In this document: positions 62,690-64,000 of the stretch, one piece after another | Numbering within the stretch: position 1 is the first letter of the stretch | Layout: the number at the start of each line of letters is the position of its first letter | NCBI GenBank assembly: GCA_965237415.1 | Contig: CBDEFM010000001.1 | Location: 649,357 to 713,356 of the forward strand | From: Alphaproteobacteria bacterium | GTDB taxonomy: Bacteria; Pseudomonadota; Alphaproteobacteria; UBA828 | DNA: 64,000 bases | Direction of reading: 5' to 3' | Position numbers and translations under genes: made by a program | The notes under the pieces: model-generated | Told to the model about the DNA's origin: nothing | What the model saw: the letters and a program-made list of their open reading frames with translations, nothing else | Database searches by the model: none

Positions 62690-63775
62690 CTAATAGTTGG
62701 GGTTCATCGTGTCGGCGTTCTCTTTCGTGATGATGATCGTGCCGGGGCCATCCGCCACCGCCGGCAGGTCCGCCTCGTTGACGTACCCGTTGATCGGCTC
62801 GCCCTCGAGCGCGGCAATCAACGCAACGGCGGCGTAGTAGGACTCCTCCCAGGGCAGCAGCACCGTCGTCTCGTTGTAGACGCCGGCCTTCACCTTGGCG
62901 ATGCCGTCCTTGGTGGCACCGATGGAATAGATCCTGACGTCGGTGCCGGGCTTCTTGCCTGCGGCCTCGACCGCCTGCTCGACACCGCGCGACATGTCGT
63001 CCCAGGACGAGAGAATCACCGTGATATCGGGATGCGCGAGCAGCGCGTTCTGGATTTTCTCCAGGGCCACGCGCGGGTCGAAGTTCGCCGGCTGGTCGGA
63101 GACCACGTCGGCGTTCGGAAACTTCTCGATGCCCTGCTGGATGGCGTTCTCCCAGAACCCGAACAGGTCGGAACCGACGAAGCCGCCGACCGCCGCAACC
63201 TCGCAGGGCTCCGTGCAGGATGCGAGCGCGTTGTCGACATGGGCGTTGTAGTAGGCTTGGCGCTGCATGGTGATCGTTGCCGCCAGACCTGCAGAATAGT
63301 CGGCGTCGTCGCACATCGGCAGATCCAGAGAAACGGTGGGCTCGTCGAGCGGCTCGAGGTGGCGCTTCCACATCGAGCAGGCGGCCGCAGCCGCCGTCGG
63401 CGCGAACAGGTAGCCGTCGAAGCCCTCGGTGATCGCGTTCTGCACCTGTTTGATCTGCGTCGCCGGGTTGAAGTTGGCGGCGAAGCGCTTGTAGGTGAAT
63501 CCGTACTTCTGGGCGGCTGCCTCAAGGCCTGCGCGCCGCGCCGAGCAATAGGGGTTCTGGCCGCACTCGGTCAGATAGGCGATCCGGTAGGCCTTGGACG
63601 GCGTGGTGTTCCGCGCGTCGAATTCGAGAATCTTTTTTGCGTTCTCGGCGGCATCGCCTGCCTCCGCGCGAGTGGCGTCGAGCACCGTCAGCAGCGCGAC
63701 GCCGAGCCCAAGCGCAAGCGCCGTCGTCAGCGGCCTCTTCAGCACGTGACGCAATGTGTTGCCGAAACTCATCAT
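62690..63775 (-). CDS. Sugar ABC transporter substrate-binding protein
   Basis: Signal-like N-terminus; QIKQVQNAITEGFDGYLFAP; periplasmic binding protein type I pattern. Confidence 0.85.
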   Translation of the reverse strand: MMSFGNTLRHVLKRPLTTALALGLGVALLTVLDATRAEAGDAAENAKKILEFDARNTTPSKAYRIAYLTECGQNPYCSARRAGLEAAAQKYGFTYKRFAANFNPATQIKQVQNAITEGFDGYLFAPTAAAAACSMWKRHLEPLDEPTVSLDLPMCDDADYSAGLAATITMQRQAYYNAHVDNALASCTEPCEVAAVGGFVGSDLFGFWENAIQQGIEKFPNADVVSDQPANFDPRVALEKIQNALLAHPDITVILSSWDDMSRGVEQAVEAAGKKPGTDVRIYSIGATKDGIAKVKAGVYNETTVLLPWEESYYAAVALIAALEGEPINGYVNEADLPAVADGPGTIIITKENADTMNPNY

Positions 63776-64000
63776 GACCTTATCTCCCTTGTTGACGCAG
63801 TCCGGACAAGCGGCACGCCCGAGGGCCTGTCCAACTGCCGGCGACGACGCCGAACTCTCATGTGACCGTACGTCCGGCCGTTCGCGCGGAGCCCACAGGG
63901 ACTGCGGATCGAACGCGGGCCGGCGCACGCACTATCCAAAGTTTCCCATTCGGATGCCGCCGGGGCAACTCAGCGGCGGCGCCCGCTGTGGCGCAAGGGG

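Overview
High-GC (visual estimate) alphaproteobacterial-looking window that is heavily scarred by mobile DNA. Left to right: (1) 1-5.1 kb: a stack of insertion sequences (IS110 split by an intact IS1595 with an 8-bp TSD, an IS66 fragment, an rve-type IS with a 5-bp TSD) plus a SNF2 helicase C-terminal remnant. (2) 5.4-15.8 kb: a myo-inositol catabolism/uptake operon (iolR, ABC transporter, iolC-D-E-B-G) with IolR-type operators. (3) 16-26.5 kb: a truncated amidase, a DmdA/GcvT-like aminomethyltransferase, a gene split by a MITE plus IS630, a VOC gene split by IS256, and an IS66 transposase interrupted by an antisense group II intron. (4) 26.5-34 kb: gene remnants and hypothetical proteins. (5) 34.4-47.7 kb: an AT-richer, defence-island-like block that ends at a tyrosine integrase and a 3' tRNA-Met fragment (att site). 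It carries a Septu/PtuAB-like ATPase+HNH pair, a Yhh-type triceptide RiPP cluster (precursor, rSAM/SPASM, 2OG-Fe(II) oxygenase, HExxH protein) with no exporter or protease, a compact bacterial ubiquitin-like operon (Ubl, ThiF/E1, DUF6527-like) with no visible separate E2, and a Phd/PemK-like TA pair. (6) 47.9-51.3 kb: three more tandem arm-binding tyrosine recombinases. (7) 51.5-64 kb: a catabolic cluster and a sugar ABC transporter. The best candidates for undescribed biology are the export-less triceptide cluster in a defence context, the minimal Ubl operon, and the tandem integrase array. All family assignments come from motif recognition by eye; no database searches were run.
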